Shown here in pieces: positions 39,412 through 49,927 of a stretch of DNA of 64,000 nucleotides. Below the pieces are notes generated by a model, which was not told the origin of the DNA, made no database searches, and saw only the letters and a program-made list of their open reading frames with translations. The position numbers were made by a program, and so were the translations under genes. This stretch comes from an uncultured Verrucomicrobiae bacterium (GTDB lineage: Bacteria > Verrucomicrobiota > Verrucomicrobiia > Limisphaerales > Palsa-1400): the NCBI GenBank assembly GCA_963764165.1, contig CAVXRD010000003.1, positions 96,001-160,000 of the forward strand, written 5' to 3'. How positions within the stretch are numbered: position 1 is the first letter of the stretch; the number at the start of each line of letters is the position of its first letter.

Positions 39412-40947
39412 ATGCCCAAACGCACAGACATTCATTCCGTTTTGATCATCGGCGCCGGTCCCATCATTATTGGACAGGCGTGTGAATTCGATTATTCCGG
39501 CACGCAGGCTTGCAAAGCCCTGAGGGAGGAGGGTTATCGGATCGTCCTCATCAATTCCAATCCGGCCACCATCATGACCGATCCGGAATTTGCCGATCGC
39601 ACTTACATCGAGCCCATCACGCCCGAGTGCGTCGAAAAAATCATCGCCCGCGAGATTGAGGAAATGCGCACGATGGGAGCAAATGGAAAATTGGTGCTGC
39701 TCCCAACACTTGGCGGCCAGACGGCCTTGAATACCGCGATGGCTCTGGTCAAGCGCGGCACGCTCGAACGCTACGGCGTCGAGATGATCGGGGCCAACGC
39801 CGATGCCATTCGAAAGGGCGAAGACCGCCAGGTGTTCAAGGATTTGATGCTCGAAATCGGCCTGGATGTGCCAATCAGCGGCACGGCCCATAGCTTTGAG
39901 GAAGCCCGCGCCGTGGCTGAAAAAATCGGCCGATACCCGCTCATTATTCGCCCGGCCTTTACGCTCGGCGGAACTGGCGGCGGCATCGCCTACAACCGCG
40001 AGGAATTCGAGCAAATGTCGAGGCGCGGCATCGAGCTTTCGCCCATCTCCGAAATTCTCGTCGAGGAATCTTTGCTGGGTTGGAAGGAATTCGAGATGGA
40101 AGTGATGCGCGACAAGGCCGACAACTGCGTCATCATTTGCGCCATCGAGAATTTTGACCCGATGGGCGTCCACACCGGCGATTCCATCACGGTGGCGCCG
40201 ACCCAGACTCTCACCGACAAGGAATACCAAATCATGCGCGACGCCAGTTTCGCGGTGATTCGCGCAGTCGGCGTCGAGACGGGCGGCTCGAATATTCAAT
40301 TCGGCGTCAATCCGGAAAATGGCCGCATGGTCATCATCGAAATGAACCCGCGCGTTTCCCGCTCCTCTGCGCTGGCTTCCAAGGCGACAGGCTTTCCAAT
40401 CGCGAAGATCGCGGCGAAATTGGCTGTCGGCTATTTGCTCGACGAAATTCGCAATGACATCACCCGCGAGACGCCCGCGAGTTTCGAGCCGACTATCGAT
40501 TACGTCGTCACGAAAATCCCACGGTTTGCGTTCGAGAAATTCCCGCAAGCCGACCCGACGTTGAATACGCAAATGAAATCGGTGGGTGAAGCGATGGCGA
40601 TTGGGCGCACATTCAAGGAAAGCTTGCAGAAGGCGCTGCGCTCCCTGGAAATTGGCCGGGCCGGGTTGGGCGGCGACGGCAAGCCATGGCGGATTGGCGG
40701 TGTCGTTTATGGCGACCGGGATATTTTGCCACGCGACATTATCACGCAAAAATTGGTATGGCCAAACGCCGAGCGTATTTTCTTCATCCGCCACGCCATG
40801 CGGGCGGGCTTTTCCGTCGAGGAAATTTTCCAGCTTACGAAGATTGACCGCTGGTTCCTGGTGCAGATCAAGGAAATCGTTGATTTCGAGGAAGAGCTGG
40901 CATTGGCTGGAAAAGAGCAGGGCGGCCCGCGATTTTGCGCCCCTTGA
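39412..40947 (+). CDS. carB: carbamoyl-phosphate synthase large subunit, N-terminal half only (511 aa)
   Basis: [40 protein letters not shown]; stops within the oligomerisation domain. Confidence 0.9.
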   Translation: MPKRTDIHSVLIIGAGPIIIGQACEFDYSGTQACKALREEGYRIVLINSNPATIMTDPEFADRTYIEPITPECVEKIIAREIEEMRTMGANGKLVLLPTLGGQTALNTAMALVKRGTLERYGVEMIGANADAIRKGEDRQVFKDLMLEIGLDVPISGTAHSFEEARAVAEKIGRYPLIIRPAFTLGGTGGGIAYNREEFEQMSRRGIELSPISEILVEESLLGWKEFEMEVMRDKADNCVIICAIENFDPMGVHTGDSITVAPTQTLTDKEYQIMRDASFAVIRAVGVETGGSNIQFGVNPENGRMVIIEMNPRVSRSSALASKATGFPIAKIAAKLAVGYLLDEIRNDITRETPASFEPTIDYVVTKIPRFAFEKFPQADPTLNTQMKSVGEAMAIGRTFKESLQKALRSLEIGRAGLGGDGKPWRIGGVVYGDRDILPRDIITQKLVWPNAERIFFIRHAMRAGFSVEEIFQLTKIDRWFLVQIKEIVDFEEELALAGKEQGGPRFCAP

Positions 40948-40980
40948 AATAGTGGCAAAAATCGTGCTATGTAATCAGGC

Positions 40981-41907
40981 ATGACCGCGACCGAAATTAT
41001 TGGCGGGCTGAGCAGCCGCGAGATGGCTTTCCCTCAAGCCGCAATGGAGGCCGCCATTGCGCAAAGGGAAGAAATCACACCCCTTCTCCTCCAGGCATTG
41101 GAAGAAGCCGCCAAGGCGCCCGAGGAGTTTGCCGCCCAGCACCCTTGGCTCGTCGAAAGCGCAAGTTTCTTATTGGCGCAATTCCGCGAGAAGCGCGCCT
41201 ATCGGCCGCTGGTGAAAATCCTCGGCAACACGCAGGAGGATATCTATCCGCTCTTTGAAGATGCGCTCACTGGGGCGATGGACGTGATCCTTGCCTCTGT
41301 TTACGACGGCGATCCCGAGCCGCTCAAGCAGCTCGTTGAAAATACAGCGGTGGATGAGTCGGTGCGAGGATCTGCATTGAGCGCGTTTGTCATCATAAGC
41401 CATAGCGGGCAAATGAGCCGGCAGGAGGTGGTGGAATATTATCGGGAGTTGCTTCGCGGGAAATTGGAGCGCGAGCCGGCAGATGTTTGGATTGATTTGG
41501 TTGCCGCCTTGGCGAAGCTTCCCGCTCCGCAGCTCGCGGACGAATTAAAACCGGCGTTTGAAGACGGGGTTCTTGAACCGTTTTATTTCACATGGGAAGA
41601 GGTCGAGGCAGACCTGTTCATCCCCATCGAGGTAACCGAAAAAGATGAAAAATCAATACTCATGGATGACGCAGTGGCTGAGATGAAGGCGTGGAGTGAA
41701 TTTCGATTTGACGTGCAGCCACAAAACGAATTGCAGCCGCTTCCGGAGGATTTGTATCGGCCTCCTCCTACTCCTGATGATATCGACGTCATTGACGACG
41801 GCCTTCCGTTCGCCGGGCTTCGCCGAGAAGGCCCCAAAATCGGCCGCAACGACCCGTGCCCCTGTGGCAGCGGAAAGAAATATAAAAAATGCTGCCTGCG
41901 TGGATGA
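40981..41907 (+). CDS. DUF1186 protein with C-terminal SEC-C motif
   Basis: [32 protein letters not shown]. Confidence 0.85.
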   Translation: MTATEIIGGLSSREMAFPQAAMEAAIAQREEITPLLLQALEEAAKAPEEFAAQHPWLVESASFLLAQFREKRAYRPLVKILGNTQEDIYPLFEDALTGAMDVILASVYDGDPEPLKQLVENTAVDESVRGSALSAFVIISHSGQMSRQEVVEYYRELLRGKLEREPADVWIDLVAALAKLPAPQLADELKPAFEDGVLEPFYFTWEEVEADLFIPIEVTEKDEKSILMDDAVAEMKAWSEFRFDVQPQNELQPLPEDLYRPPPTPDDIDVIDDGLPFAGLRREGPKIGRNDPCPCGSGKKYKKCCLRG

Positions 41908-42066
41908 ATCGAAATCGTGTAGATTTAATTCGTATTCCTCTTCGTGGCCTCTGTGTGATTGCTGTTGAATTTTCCTGCCGTGAAAGGAAGAGCCAACAGG
42001 AGGTATCACTGGGCTTCTGGCAAGAGACCGTGAGGGGACGGCTTTCAGCAAAAGGACCGAGGGACT

Positions 42067-42129
42067 GGCCACAGATTCGCACAGATTGCACAGATCAAAA
42101 ATCTGTGTTGATCTGTGTGAATCTGTGGC
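42067..42129. repeat. CACAGAT triple repeat as a closed inverted pair
   Basis: ggccacagattcgcacagattgcacagatc aaaa atctgtgttgatctgtgtgaatctgtggc. Confidence 0.9.
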
Positions 42130-42211
42130 TCTTTTGCCAGACGCGATGCTTCCTGTGACCGGTCTTTCTTTGAGTTCGGCCCTTCCAGATTCAAATTTCA
42201 GCATTTTTTCT

Positions 42212-42570
42212 CCAAAAATCGTGCCAAAAAACCTCTGGTAGGTTTTCTGTTTCGCGCCGAGTGTGCCAAAGTTCATTTATGCAAATGAATTGTCATATGC
42301 AGTGTGAAGCCGGCGACGAGGGTCAGTTGTCCGCCTGGTTGGCAGCCGTTCTGTCCTCGTTATGGGTCTGGTTTGTGTTGGCGGATGGCTGTTTTCAAGG
42401 TGCTCCATCGGCGGATTTCATTAAAGGTCCAGCGTTACGGTGGTTTTGGAGGAGCACAAACCGAGTCATCGTCGCCCTCACAGCTTCAAAAATCGCCCTC
42501 CCGAGACTTCGGCGGCGAATCTCACCTAATCCCGGCAAATGTAACCAAATGTAGGCAAATGTAAGCAAAT
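42212..42570 (+). repeat. dispersed cassette copy 2 (conserved head + small ORF 42279-42554 + 10-bp tandem tail)
   Basis: head matches 4251-4341; tail ggcaaatgta-like x4 at 42534-42570. Confidence 0.8.
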
Positions 42571-42583
42571 CCCACCTGTTTTA

Positions 42584-43108
42584 ATGAAATTCGACGAGCG
42601 CATAGAAGTTGAAATGACAGACATCACGACGCTTAGAGTCGATGCCATCGTCAATGCCGCCAATACCTCCTTACTTGGCGGCGGCGGCGTCGACGGCGCG
42701 ATTCATCGGGCGGCGGGCGATTCATTGCTGGCAGAGTGCCGAATGCTGGGAGGATGCCGCACGGGAGACGCGAAAATCACTCGCGGGTATAATCTGCCTG
42801 CGAAATTTGTCTTTCACACCGTCGGGCCGATTTGGCATGGCGGCGGCGGGGGCGAGCCGGAGTTGCTCGCATCGTGCTATCGCGCCTGTTTTGAACTGGC
42901 ACGGACTCACGACGTTAAGACCATCGCTTTTCCCGCGATTAGTTGCGGCGTCTACGGCTTTCCGATTCAGAAGGCGGCGCAGATTGCCGTGCGTGAAGTC
43001 CGCGCCGCGCTGGAAGCGAACGAGGAGTTGCAGCGCGTCATTTTCGCGTGTTTTTCTGATGAGGTGTTCTCAGCCTGCCAAATCGCGATTGGGAGGCAGG
43101 AAACATGA
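42584..43108 (+). CDS. macrodomain O-acetyl-ADP-ribose deacetylase (YmdB-like)
   Basis: [42 protein letters not shown]. Confidence 0.93.
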   Translation: MKFDERIEVEMTDITTLRVDAIVNAANTSLLGGGGVDGAIHRAAGDSLLAECRMLGGCRTGDAKITRGYNLPAKFVFHTVGPIWHGGGGGEPELLASCYRACFELARTHDVKTIAFPAISCGVYGFPIQKAAQIAVREVRAALEANEELQRVIFACFSDEVFSACQIAIGRQET

Positions 43109-43711
43109 ATCCTAAATTGCTTACCGAGGCAGGAAATCCGGAGAACCAGGATCGCGGCGTCGTCATTTACGATGGACCGCGCATCGTGATGAGCGTGGCG
43201 GATGGCGCGGGCGGCCGCAGCGGCGGCACCGAAGCCGCGTGCCGGGCGATTGAGTGGATTCGCGAGAATGTTTCAAATATGCATGACGCGGAATCTTGTT
43301 CTCAAATCCTCCGTGATTTGGACGAGAAAATTGCCAGTGATCCACAGGCGGGCGAAACGACGTGTGCGCCCGCAGTGGTGACGCGTGATGAAATCTACGG
43401 CGCAAGCGTCGGGGACTCGAGTATTTGGATGGTGCGGAATGACGGCGCGCACGATGATTTTACGCGCGATCAAGAGCGAAAACCGTTCATTGGGACTGGT
43501 GCCGCGTGGCCAGTATCGTTTCGGCATCCGAGACAATCTGGCTGTCTCCTGCTGGCTACAGACGGTTTGTTTAAATACGCCTCCGCGGAACGCATTACCA
43601 ACGCCTGCCTGCAAGATGAAGAAGTTGCCGGTTCTCAGCTCATCGGCCTGGTTCGGGTACTCGTCAGGTGCTTTCCCAGATGACGTTACTGTTGTGCTTT
43701 GCAGACTTTAA
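43105..43711 (+). CDS. PP2C family phosphatase (1-nt frameshift near 43657)
   Basis: NQD, VADGAGG, SVGDS, LATDGL; shifted frame restores PDDVTVV. Confidence 0.8.
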
Positions 43712-43854
43712 GCGATCGATCACGAAATGTAATTCAACCTGACAGTTGCAATGAAACCGCAGCCATTTTTAATTGGCGCCGCAGGTGTTCTTCTCTTAAC
43801 GTGCCTTGACTGCCGAGGGGAGACAACCGGCGGATAATTGTTGACACGCATTAA

Positions 43855-45279
43855 ATGATGAAAGTCCACCCGCTTTATCTCAACGGCGAATTTGTGACGA
43901 CGGAGAAAACGTTTCCCGTCAAGAATCCCGCCACCACCGATGGCCTCGGCCAAATGTCGTCCATCGACAAGCCGCTTCTCAAAAAGGCAGTCCAGGATGC
44001 TCACGCGGCCTTCCCGGCTTGGCGCGCCCTGACCGCGAAGGCGCGCGGGGAATTTCTCCACAAAATCGCCAATGAACTCGAGCGCCGCCGCGACGAAATC
44101 GCGCGCATCATGACACAGGAAGCGGGGAAACCGCTGGCGCAAAGCGCCGGGGAACTCGCGATGACGTTCGATCACTTGCATTGGTTCGCCGAAGAGGCTA
44201 GACGCGGATATGGCCGCATCATTCCCCATCAAACGGACGGCAAGCGAAACCTCGTTATCAAAACTCCGATTGGGGTGGTGGGAGCGATTGGGCCCTGGAA
44301 TTTTCCATTAGTGCTCGGTGTGCGGAAAGTTGCGCCCGCGATGGCGGCGGGCTGTCCTGTCATTTTGAAGCCCGCCTCCGCCACTCCGTTGTGCAATGTG
44401 GCCTTTGCCGAGGCCTGCCACGCCGCCGGAGTGCCGAAGGGCGTGTTCCAATTGGTGGCTGGTTCAGCGTCGCAGATCGCTGGAGAATTTCTCGAAAATC
44501 CACTCGTGCGGAAAATCAGCTTCACCGGTTCGACGGAGGTGGGGCGGAGTTTGATCGCGGGCGCGGCGGCGCTTATCAAGCCTCTCTCCCTCGAACTTGG
44601 CGGATTGAATCCCGTTCTTGTGTTTGACGACGCCGATTTGGAAAAAGCGGTCGACGGCGCGATGGTGGCCAAATTCCGCAACACCGGCCAGTCATGCATC
44701 GCCGCCAACCGCATTTACGCGCAGCGGGGAATTTATGATCGTTTTGTGAAGCGTCTGGTGGAGAAGACGGCAGCGTTGAAGGTCGGAAACGGAATGGAGC
44801 CAGATGTCCAGATCGGCCCGCTCATCGACGAGAACGCTGTCAACAAAGCATTGGAGCATATCGCCGACGCCGTCCAGCGCGGCGCCCGCGTGTTGTGCGG
44901 AGGAAAGCGGCTGGAGCGGTCCGGCTATTTTATCGAGGCGACCGTTCTGGCGGATGTTCCAAAGGACAGCCTATGCATGCGCGAAGAGACATTTGCGCCA
45001 GTGGCTGCAGTGACGCCATTTTCGACGGAGGCCGAAGCGATTGAGGCTGCCAATGGGTCGCCGTTCGGCTTGTCTGCTTATGTTTTCACGCAGGACTTGG
45101 GGCGCGTCTTTCGAGTCATGGAGCAAATCGAGGCCGGCATGGTCGCAATCAACGACGGCCTGCCGACGACCACCAACGCGCCATTCGGCGGTGTCAAACA
45201 AAGCGGCTGGGGGCGCGAGTTGGGAAGCGAAGGGCTTGATGCCTATCTCGAAACCAAACACGTTTCTATCGCCATCTGA
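43855..45279 (+). CDS. gabD: NAD(P)-dependent succinate-semialdehyde dehydrogenase family
   Basis: PWNFP, SFTGSTEVG, LELGG, KFRNTGQSC, EETFAP, PFGGVKQSGWGRE. Confidence 0.8.
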   Translation: MMKVHPLYLNGEFVTTEKTFPVKNPATTDGLGQMSSIDKPLLKKAVQDAHAAFPAWRALTAKARGEFLHKIANELERRRDEIARIMTQEAGKPLAQSAGELAMTFDHLHWFAEEARRGYGRIIPHQTDGKRNLVIKTPIGVVGAIGPWNFPLVLGVRKVAPAMAAGCPVILKPASATPLCNVAFAEACHAAGVPKGVFQLVAGSASQIAGEFLENPLVRKISFTGSTEVGRSLIAGAAALIKPLSLELGGLNPVLVFDDADLEKAVDGAMVAKFRNTGQSCIAANRIYAQRGIYDRFVKRLVEKTAALKVGNGMEPDVQIGPLIDENAVNKALEHIADAVQRGARVLCGGKRLERSGYFIEATVLADVPKDSLCMREETFAPVAAVTPFSTEAEAIEAANGSPFGLSAYVFTQDLGRVFRVMEQIEAGMVAINDGLPTTTNAPFGGVKQSGWGRELGSEGLDAYLETKHVSIAI

Positions 45280-45404
45280 CATAGGCGTGAAAATTGACCA
45301 TGAAATGCGCCGGTATTAGTGTGTGGGGGGCAGAAGATATGAAAGCGGGAAATCAATTCATTTGGAGCGTCTCGCTGGCGCTGGGGCGTGGTCAAAAGTG
45401 GGTG

Positions 45405-46676
45405 ATGCGCGCCAACAATCTGGCGGAGCGCGGCTGTGTCGGAGACCCGCCGCAGCAACGCGCAATTAACCGGCGCGCTTGGCTGTGCAACGCGCTGCGG
45501 CTGGTCTTCGACACAGCCGCGCTCCGCCGCAGGCCTGATGTCGCTCACCCGCTTCCAACTGCAACCGTGGCGCTGTTGTTATTATTTGTTCAGGCTCGCG
45601 CCCAGGATGCCGGCAACATTTCCGTTCGCAACGAGGTCCGGCACGCGGAGGCCAAGGGGCGGGCCTGGCTTGAATCGAAACAGAATACGAACGGCTGGTG
45701 GTCCTCGGCCGATCACCCGGCGCTGACCGCCCTGGTTGTGACGGCCTTGCTCGGGCCAGCGCCGGAAAAAACGATGTCTCCCGCCATCGAAAAGGGTTAC
45801 GATTACATGCTCGGCTGCGTCCAGGCTGATGGCGGCATTTACAAGGATGAACTGCAGTCTTACAACACGTCTGTTGTTTTGACGGCGCTGGCGTTGCGAA
45901 ACCGGCCTTCCGACCAACCCGTTATTGAAAAGGCGCGTCACTATTTGATTGGCCTTCAGGTGGGAGACGCGCCTGTGGACGGCACGAATGGCGTCTTTAG
46001 CGGCGGGATTGGCTACGGCGGCGCGCAGAAACGCCCTGATCTTTCCAATACTTTGCTTGCGCTCGAAGCGCTCTATCATACCAAGCCTGCAACGCTCGAT
46101 GCAAATGGCGCGAAGGCTCCCGATTTGAATTGGAAAGCTGCCATCAGGTTCGTTCAGAATTGCCAGAATCTTCCGGGTTCCAACGCGCAGCCATGGGTGG
46201 CCGACGACCCAAAAGACAAGGGCGGTTTTGTTTACGCGCCCGGACGGAGCAACGCGGGAGAAACCAATCTGGCTTCCGGCAGAATTGCGCTCCGCTCATA
46301 CGGTTCGATGACTTATGCGGGCCTCTTGAGTTACGTTTACTCCGATCTGAAAACCGACGATCCGCGGGTGGCGGCCGCGCTGGATTGGCTGCGCGGAAAT
46401 TATACGGTGGAGGAAAACCCGGGAATGGGACAGCAGGGGCTTTATTATTATTATCTTTTGATGGCCAAAGCCCTGACCTTTGCCAATGTTGACACGCTCG
46501 AAACCGCTGGCGGCAGGAAGATCAACTGGCGCGAAGAACTGGCGCTGAAACTCATCAACCTCCAGCACGGCGACGGTTCATGGGCCAATGGCGCCGGGCG
46601 GTGGTGGGAAAAGGATCCAATTCTTGACACCGCCTATGCCGTGACGGCGATGGAGATGCTCGAAAACAAGCTGTGA
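45405..46676 (+). CDS. exported prenyltransferase/squalene-oxidase repeat protein (start uncertain)
   Basis: Q..NGWW, QADGG, PDLSNT, SYGSMTYAGL, QHGDGSW repeats. Confidence 0.8.
   Translation: MRANNLAERGCVGDPPQQRAINRRAWLCNALRLVFDTAALRRRPDVAHPLPTATVALLLLFVQARAQDAGNISVRNEVRHAEAKGRAWLESKQNTNGWWSSADHPALTALVVTALLGPAPEKTMSPAIEKGYDYMLGCVQADGGIYKDELQSYNTSVVLTALALRNRPSDQPVIEKARHYLIGLQVGDAPVDGTNGVFSGGIGYGGAQKRPDLSNTLLALEALYHTKPATLDANGAKAPDLNWKAAIRFVQNCQNLPGSNAQPWVADDPKDKGGFVYAPGRSNAGETNLASGRIALRSYGSMTYAGLLSYVYSDLKTDDPRVAAALDWLRGNYTVEENPGMGQQGLYYYYLLMAKALTFANVDTLETAGGRKINWREELALKLINLQHGDGSWANGAGRWWEKDPILDTAYAVTAMEMLENKL
45425..45525. repeat. REP doublet, second family (GGAGCGCGGCTGTGTCG...GCCGCAGC)
   Basis: 45425-45456 and its inverted partner at 45494-45525. 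Confidence 0.85.
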
Positions 46677-47446
46677 AATTCCGCGCGAGGATATTTATAG
46701 CATTGATGATTGCGGCTGGTCTTGTTTCCGTTTCCGCCCGGCAGGACCCGGCCCCCGCGGCGCCCGCGGAAACGAAGGCTCCCGAGGCGCTGATGACCGC
46801 GCTGACGAACACTCCGGTGAAAGAAATCGAGCCGGGCATCTATGAGATCGGCTTGGTGCGGTTAGATTCAAAGGCGCGCACTGTGACTTTTCCCGCGACG
46901 CTGAACAAAGCGCGCGGGCTGATGGAGTATTTTGTTGTCACGGCCTACGGCAAAACCCACGAGAGCATTTTGAAGACAAAGGCCGAGCCGTATCACATTC
47001 ACCTTGCGATGGTTTTGCTGGGCGCTCACGGGCCGGGAGACACGAATTTTTCCGGCGCCCCGGCCGACGGCGTTCCCGGGCCGATTGTGCATCCGTCCCG
47101 CGATTCCGTCCCGGGCGACAAAGCGGGAGTTACTGTCAAGTGGAAGAACGGGCAGGATGAAGTGCGGCACGCCGCGGAGGAAATGGTTTGGAAGAAGGAT
47201 GACCGGAAAACGATGGGGCAGGGGATGTGGACTTACAACGGCTCGCTCATTGTGCACAATAAATTTCTAGCGCAATTGGACGGCTCGCTGATTTCGCTCG
47301 TGACAGACCCGGTGGCTCTTGTCAATAATACAGGGCCCGGCCACGAAAACGACCTTATCTGGGAGCCGAACACGAATAACCTCCCGCCAGCCTCCACCCC
47401 CGTGGAAGTGACCATTACGCTAGCTGGCCCGCCGAAACCCGACTAA
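46673..47446 (+). CDS. exported YdjY-domain-like protein
   Basis: MEYFVV..GKTHES.L, IHLAMVLLG; coupled to the upstream gene. Confidence 0.65.
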   Translation: MKFRARIFIALMIAAGLVSVSARQDPAPAAPAETKAPEALMTALTNTPVKEIEPGIYEIGLVRLDSKARTVTFPATLNKARGLMEYFVVTAYGKTHESILKTKAEPYHIHLAMVLLGAHGPGDTNFSGAPADGVPGPIVHPSRDSVPGDKAGVTVKWKNGQDEVRHAAEEMVWKKDDRKTMGQGMWTYNGSLIVHNKFLAQLDGSLISLVTDPVALVNNTGPGHENDLIWEPNTNNLPPASTPVEVTITLAGPPKPD

Positions 47447-47455
47447 CACCCGGCA

Positions 47456-49405
47456 TCACGGTGCGCGCAACACATCGTCCAAATTCGTAACAATCGCTTC
47501 GACGGTGTAGGGCTTGGGAATCAACCGCTTGGCGCCAGCTTCGAGAACTTTTGCCTGCAGCTCTTTGTTCGGCGAACCACTGGAGGCGATAATGCGAACG
47601 TTCGGCTTGATGACCATCAGCGCCCGAATCAACGCATGTCCGTCCATGATGGGCATAATAACATCGGTGATGATAACTTCGATTTCATCCTTGTGCCGCG
47701 CGTAGACGGCGACGGCTTCAGCTCCGTTGGATGCAGTCAATACAGAGTAGCCGTAGGCTTCCAGCGTCTGCTTAGTTAACGTCCGAATGGCGGCCTCGTC
47801 GTCCACTACAAGCACGCATTCGCCGTGGCCGCGAACAAAATGAACCTCGTCCGTCGGCGGGGCGGATGCATGCTGTTCCGCAGCGGCCGGCAGCCAGATT
47901 TCAAAGGTCGATCCGGTGCCAAGTTCGGATTCAAGCTCCATGAATCCTGCGTGCGTTTTGACAATTGCCAGGGAGGTTGAGAGGCCAAGCCCCGTGCCGA
48001 GACCCTGGCCTTTCGTGGTGAAGAACGGATCGAAAATTTTGCTTTTGATGACAGGATCAATGCCGGTGCCTGAGTCCTTCACTTTAATGACGACATACTT
48101 TCCGGGTTCCGCGCCATCGGGTCCACCTGGGGTAGAGCCGTCAAGCAATATGTCCTCTACCGAGACGAGAAGCTGTCCGCCGTCGGGCATCGCGTCCCGC
48201 GCATTGATGCAGAGATTGAGAAGCACTTGGTGAAGCTGAGTCGGATCCGCCATGACGATCCATGTGCTCCTCGGCAGATGCGATTTGACACGGATGGTTT
48301 TGGGAAAGGTCTGCCGCGCGATGCTGACGATTTCACGGATGATGTGCTGCGGCTGGACGGCGAGCCTCTGGCCCTCCATGCCTCGCGCGAACGACAGCAC
48401 TTGTTTGACCAGATCAACACCGCGCTGGGCGCTGCCCTCGATCATTTCCAGGAGGCTGCGCGGCCGCTCTTCGTGAACTTCCTTGGCCAGCAAATCGCAC
48501 GACATGATGATGGGGGCGAGGACGTTGTTCAAATCATGCGCGATTCCGCCCGCAAGCATGCCAATATTCTCGAGCCGCTGCGCGCGTAGAAACTGGTCCT
48601 CCAGGCGGCTCTTGTCCTCTTCCAGTCTTTTGCGCTCGGTAATGTCGATCAAAGCACCCACGATTTTAGCAGGGCGGCCCGGCTCGTTTTGGACAAGTTT
48701 GCCGCTGTCTTCGATCCAATGATAGATCCCGTTTTTGTGCCGGATTCGGTACTGCGTTGAGTGCGTGCCGGCCGCCATTCCCTTTGTGGCTCCCTTCACT
48801 GCGCCAGCCAGGTCGTCTGGATGAAGGCAATCTGTCCACCACGAAGCTGTCATCGTTTCCGCTGCCGAGTATCCAAGCATTCGTTCGATATTCTCGCTGA
48901 CTCTAACTGGAAGGAATTGTTGGCCCTGAACTTCCAATTCGTAAATGACGACCGGGCTGTGCGCGACCATTTGGCGAAGCGCTTCATGCGTGCGGCGCAA
49001 ATCGGCTTCGTCAGTGATGCGCTGGCGGCGGAGTTGGGCTTGTTCCAGCGCCCGTTCGACGGCGCTGCCAAGGCGTGCAATTCGATCTTTAAGGAGATAA
49101 TCGGTCGCTCCGTGCCTCATAGCTTCCACTGCGGCATCTTCTCCGACGGTGCCGGAGACAAGAATGAAAGGTATCAGCAGCCCGGTTTCTTGAAGAATTT
49201 TCGCGGCGCGCAATCCGCTGAATTGCGGAAGTGAGTAATCACATAGTATCAAGTCAGGGAGCTTCTTGATTTCCGTCACAAAATCCGCCTCGGTTTCAAC
49301 TCGTGTCCACGATGGATCGAACCCGTCGCGCTTCAACTGCGCCAGAATCAAGCCAGCATCGTCGGGCGAGTCTTCAACCAGGAGCAAATGGAGCGGCCTC
49401 TTCAT
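47456..49405 (-). CDS. hybrid sensor histidine kinase (REC-PAS-HisKA-HATPase-REC)
   Basis: LLVEDS, DYSLP, PAS HPDD, GGIAHDLNN, NARDAM, PFFTTK, GTGLGL, LVVDDE. Confidence 0.93.
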   Translation of the reverse strand: MKRPLHLLLVEDSPDDAGLILAQLKRDGFDPSWTRVETEADFVTEIKKLPDLILCDYSLPQFSGLRAAKILQETGLLIPFILVSGTVGEDAAVEAMRHGATDYLLKDRIARLGSAVERALEQAQLRRQRITDEADLRRTHEALRQMVAHSPVVIYELEVQGQQFLPVRVSENIERMLGYSAAETMTASWWTDCLHPDDLAGAVKGATKGMAAGTHSTQYRIRHKNGIYHWIEDSGKLVQNEPGRPAKIVGALIDITERKRLEEDKSRLEDQFLRAQRLENIGMLAGGIAHDLNNVLAPIIMSCDLLAKEVHEERPRSLLEMIEGSAQRGVDLVKQVLSFARGMEGQRLAVQPQHIIREIVSIARQTFPKTIRVKSHLPRSTWIVMADPTQLHQVLLNLCINARDAMPDGGQLLVSVEDILLDGSTPGGPDGAEPGKYVVIKVKDSGTGIDPVIKSKIFDPFFTTKGQGLGTGLGLSTSLAIVKTHAGFMELESELGTGSTFEIWLPAAAEQHASAPPTDEVHFVRGHGECVLVVDDEAAIRTLTKQTLEAYGYSVLTASNGAEAVAVYARHKDEIEVIITDVIMPIMDGHALIRALMVIKPNVRIIASSGSPNKELQAKVLEAGAKRLIPKPYTVEAIVTNLDDVLRAP

Positions 49406-49927
49406 GTTGGGCCTCCGGATAAGGGCGTGATTAATTTGAATTCCAAATGGATCCTCCGGGCGAAAGGCTGGGATGGAAAACATCCAAAACCATCGCGTGG
49501 AGCGTGCCGCGTTGCCCCCGCGGGTCGTCGCGCCCTGGCGAATCGCGTCGCTCGCGGGCTGATCTCAAGTCGACCGTGGGGATTGCGTGTGTCAAATCAA
49601 AGGCCGCCAAAGGGCGTGGGACTTCCAAATCACAAAACATGCGGCAATGCGGTTTGCGGCGGAACATAGGACTTCGCGCACGGCAGCCATAGCCGGTCAA
49701 GCCGTCCGCCGTGGACTTCGCGACAGTACAAAATATATAGTTGATGAAATTCGCATTCCCTATGAAGTTCCCCATTGGCCCCCATCGCATCTCATCCAAA
49801 GAGACGCTGTTCGGGCCGCTATAGTCTTCTGCGGACGCGGCGGGATGACGTTTAAGCGCCATGCTCATTGGAATAAACCAGCCTAATCTCAATGTGACAG
49901 TGATGTCAATAATGAAAGCGCAAAAGG

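Noticed and set aside
39124..40794. 556-aa minus-strand ORF
   Set aside because: Antisense shadow of carB; it is not the missing C-terminal half.
42211..42227. Sigma54-like TGGCACGATTTTTGG on the minus strand of the cassette head
   Set aside because: The -12 element is GG rather than GC, and copy 1 has CGGC; insufficient support.
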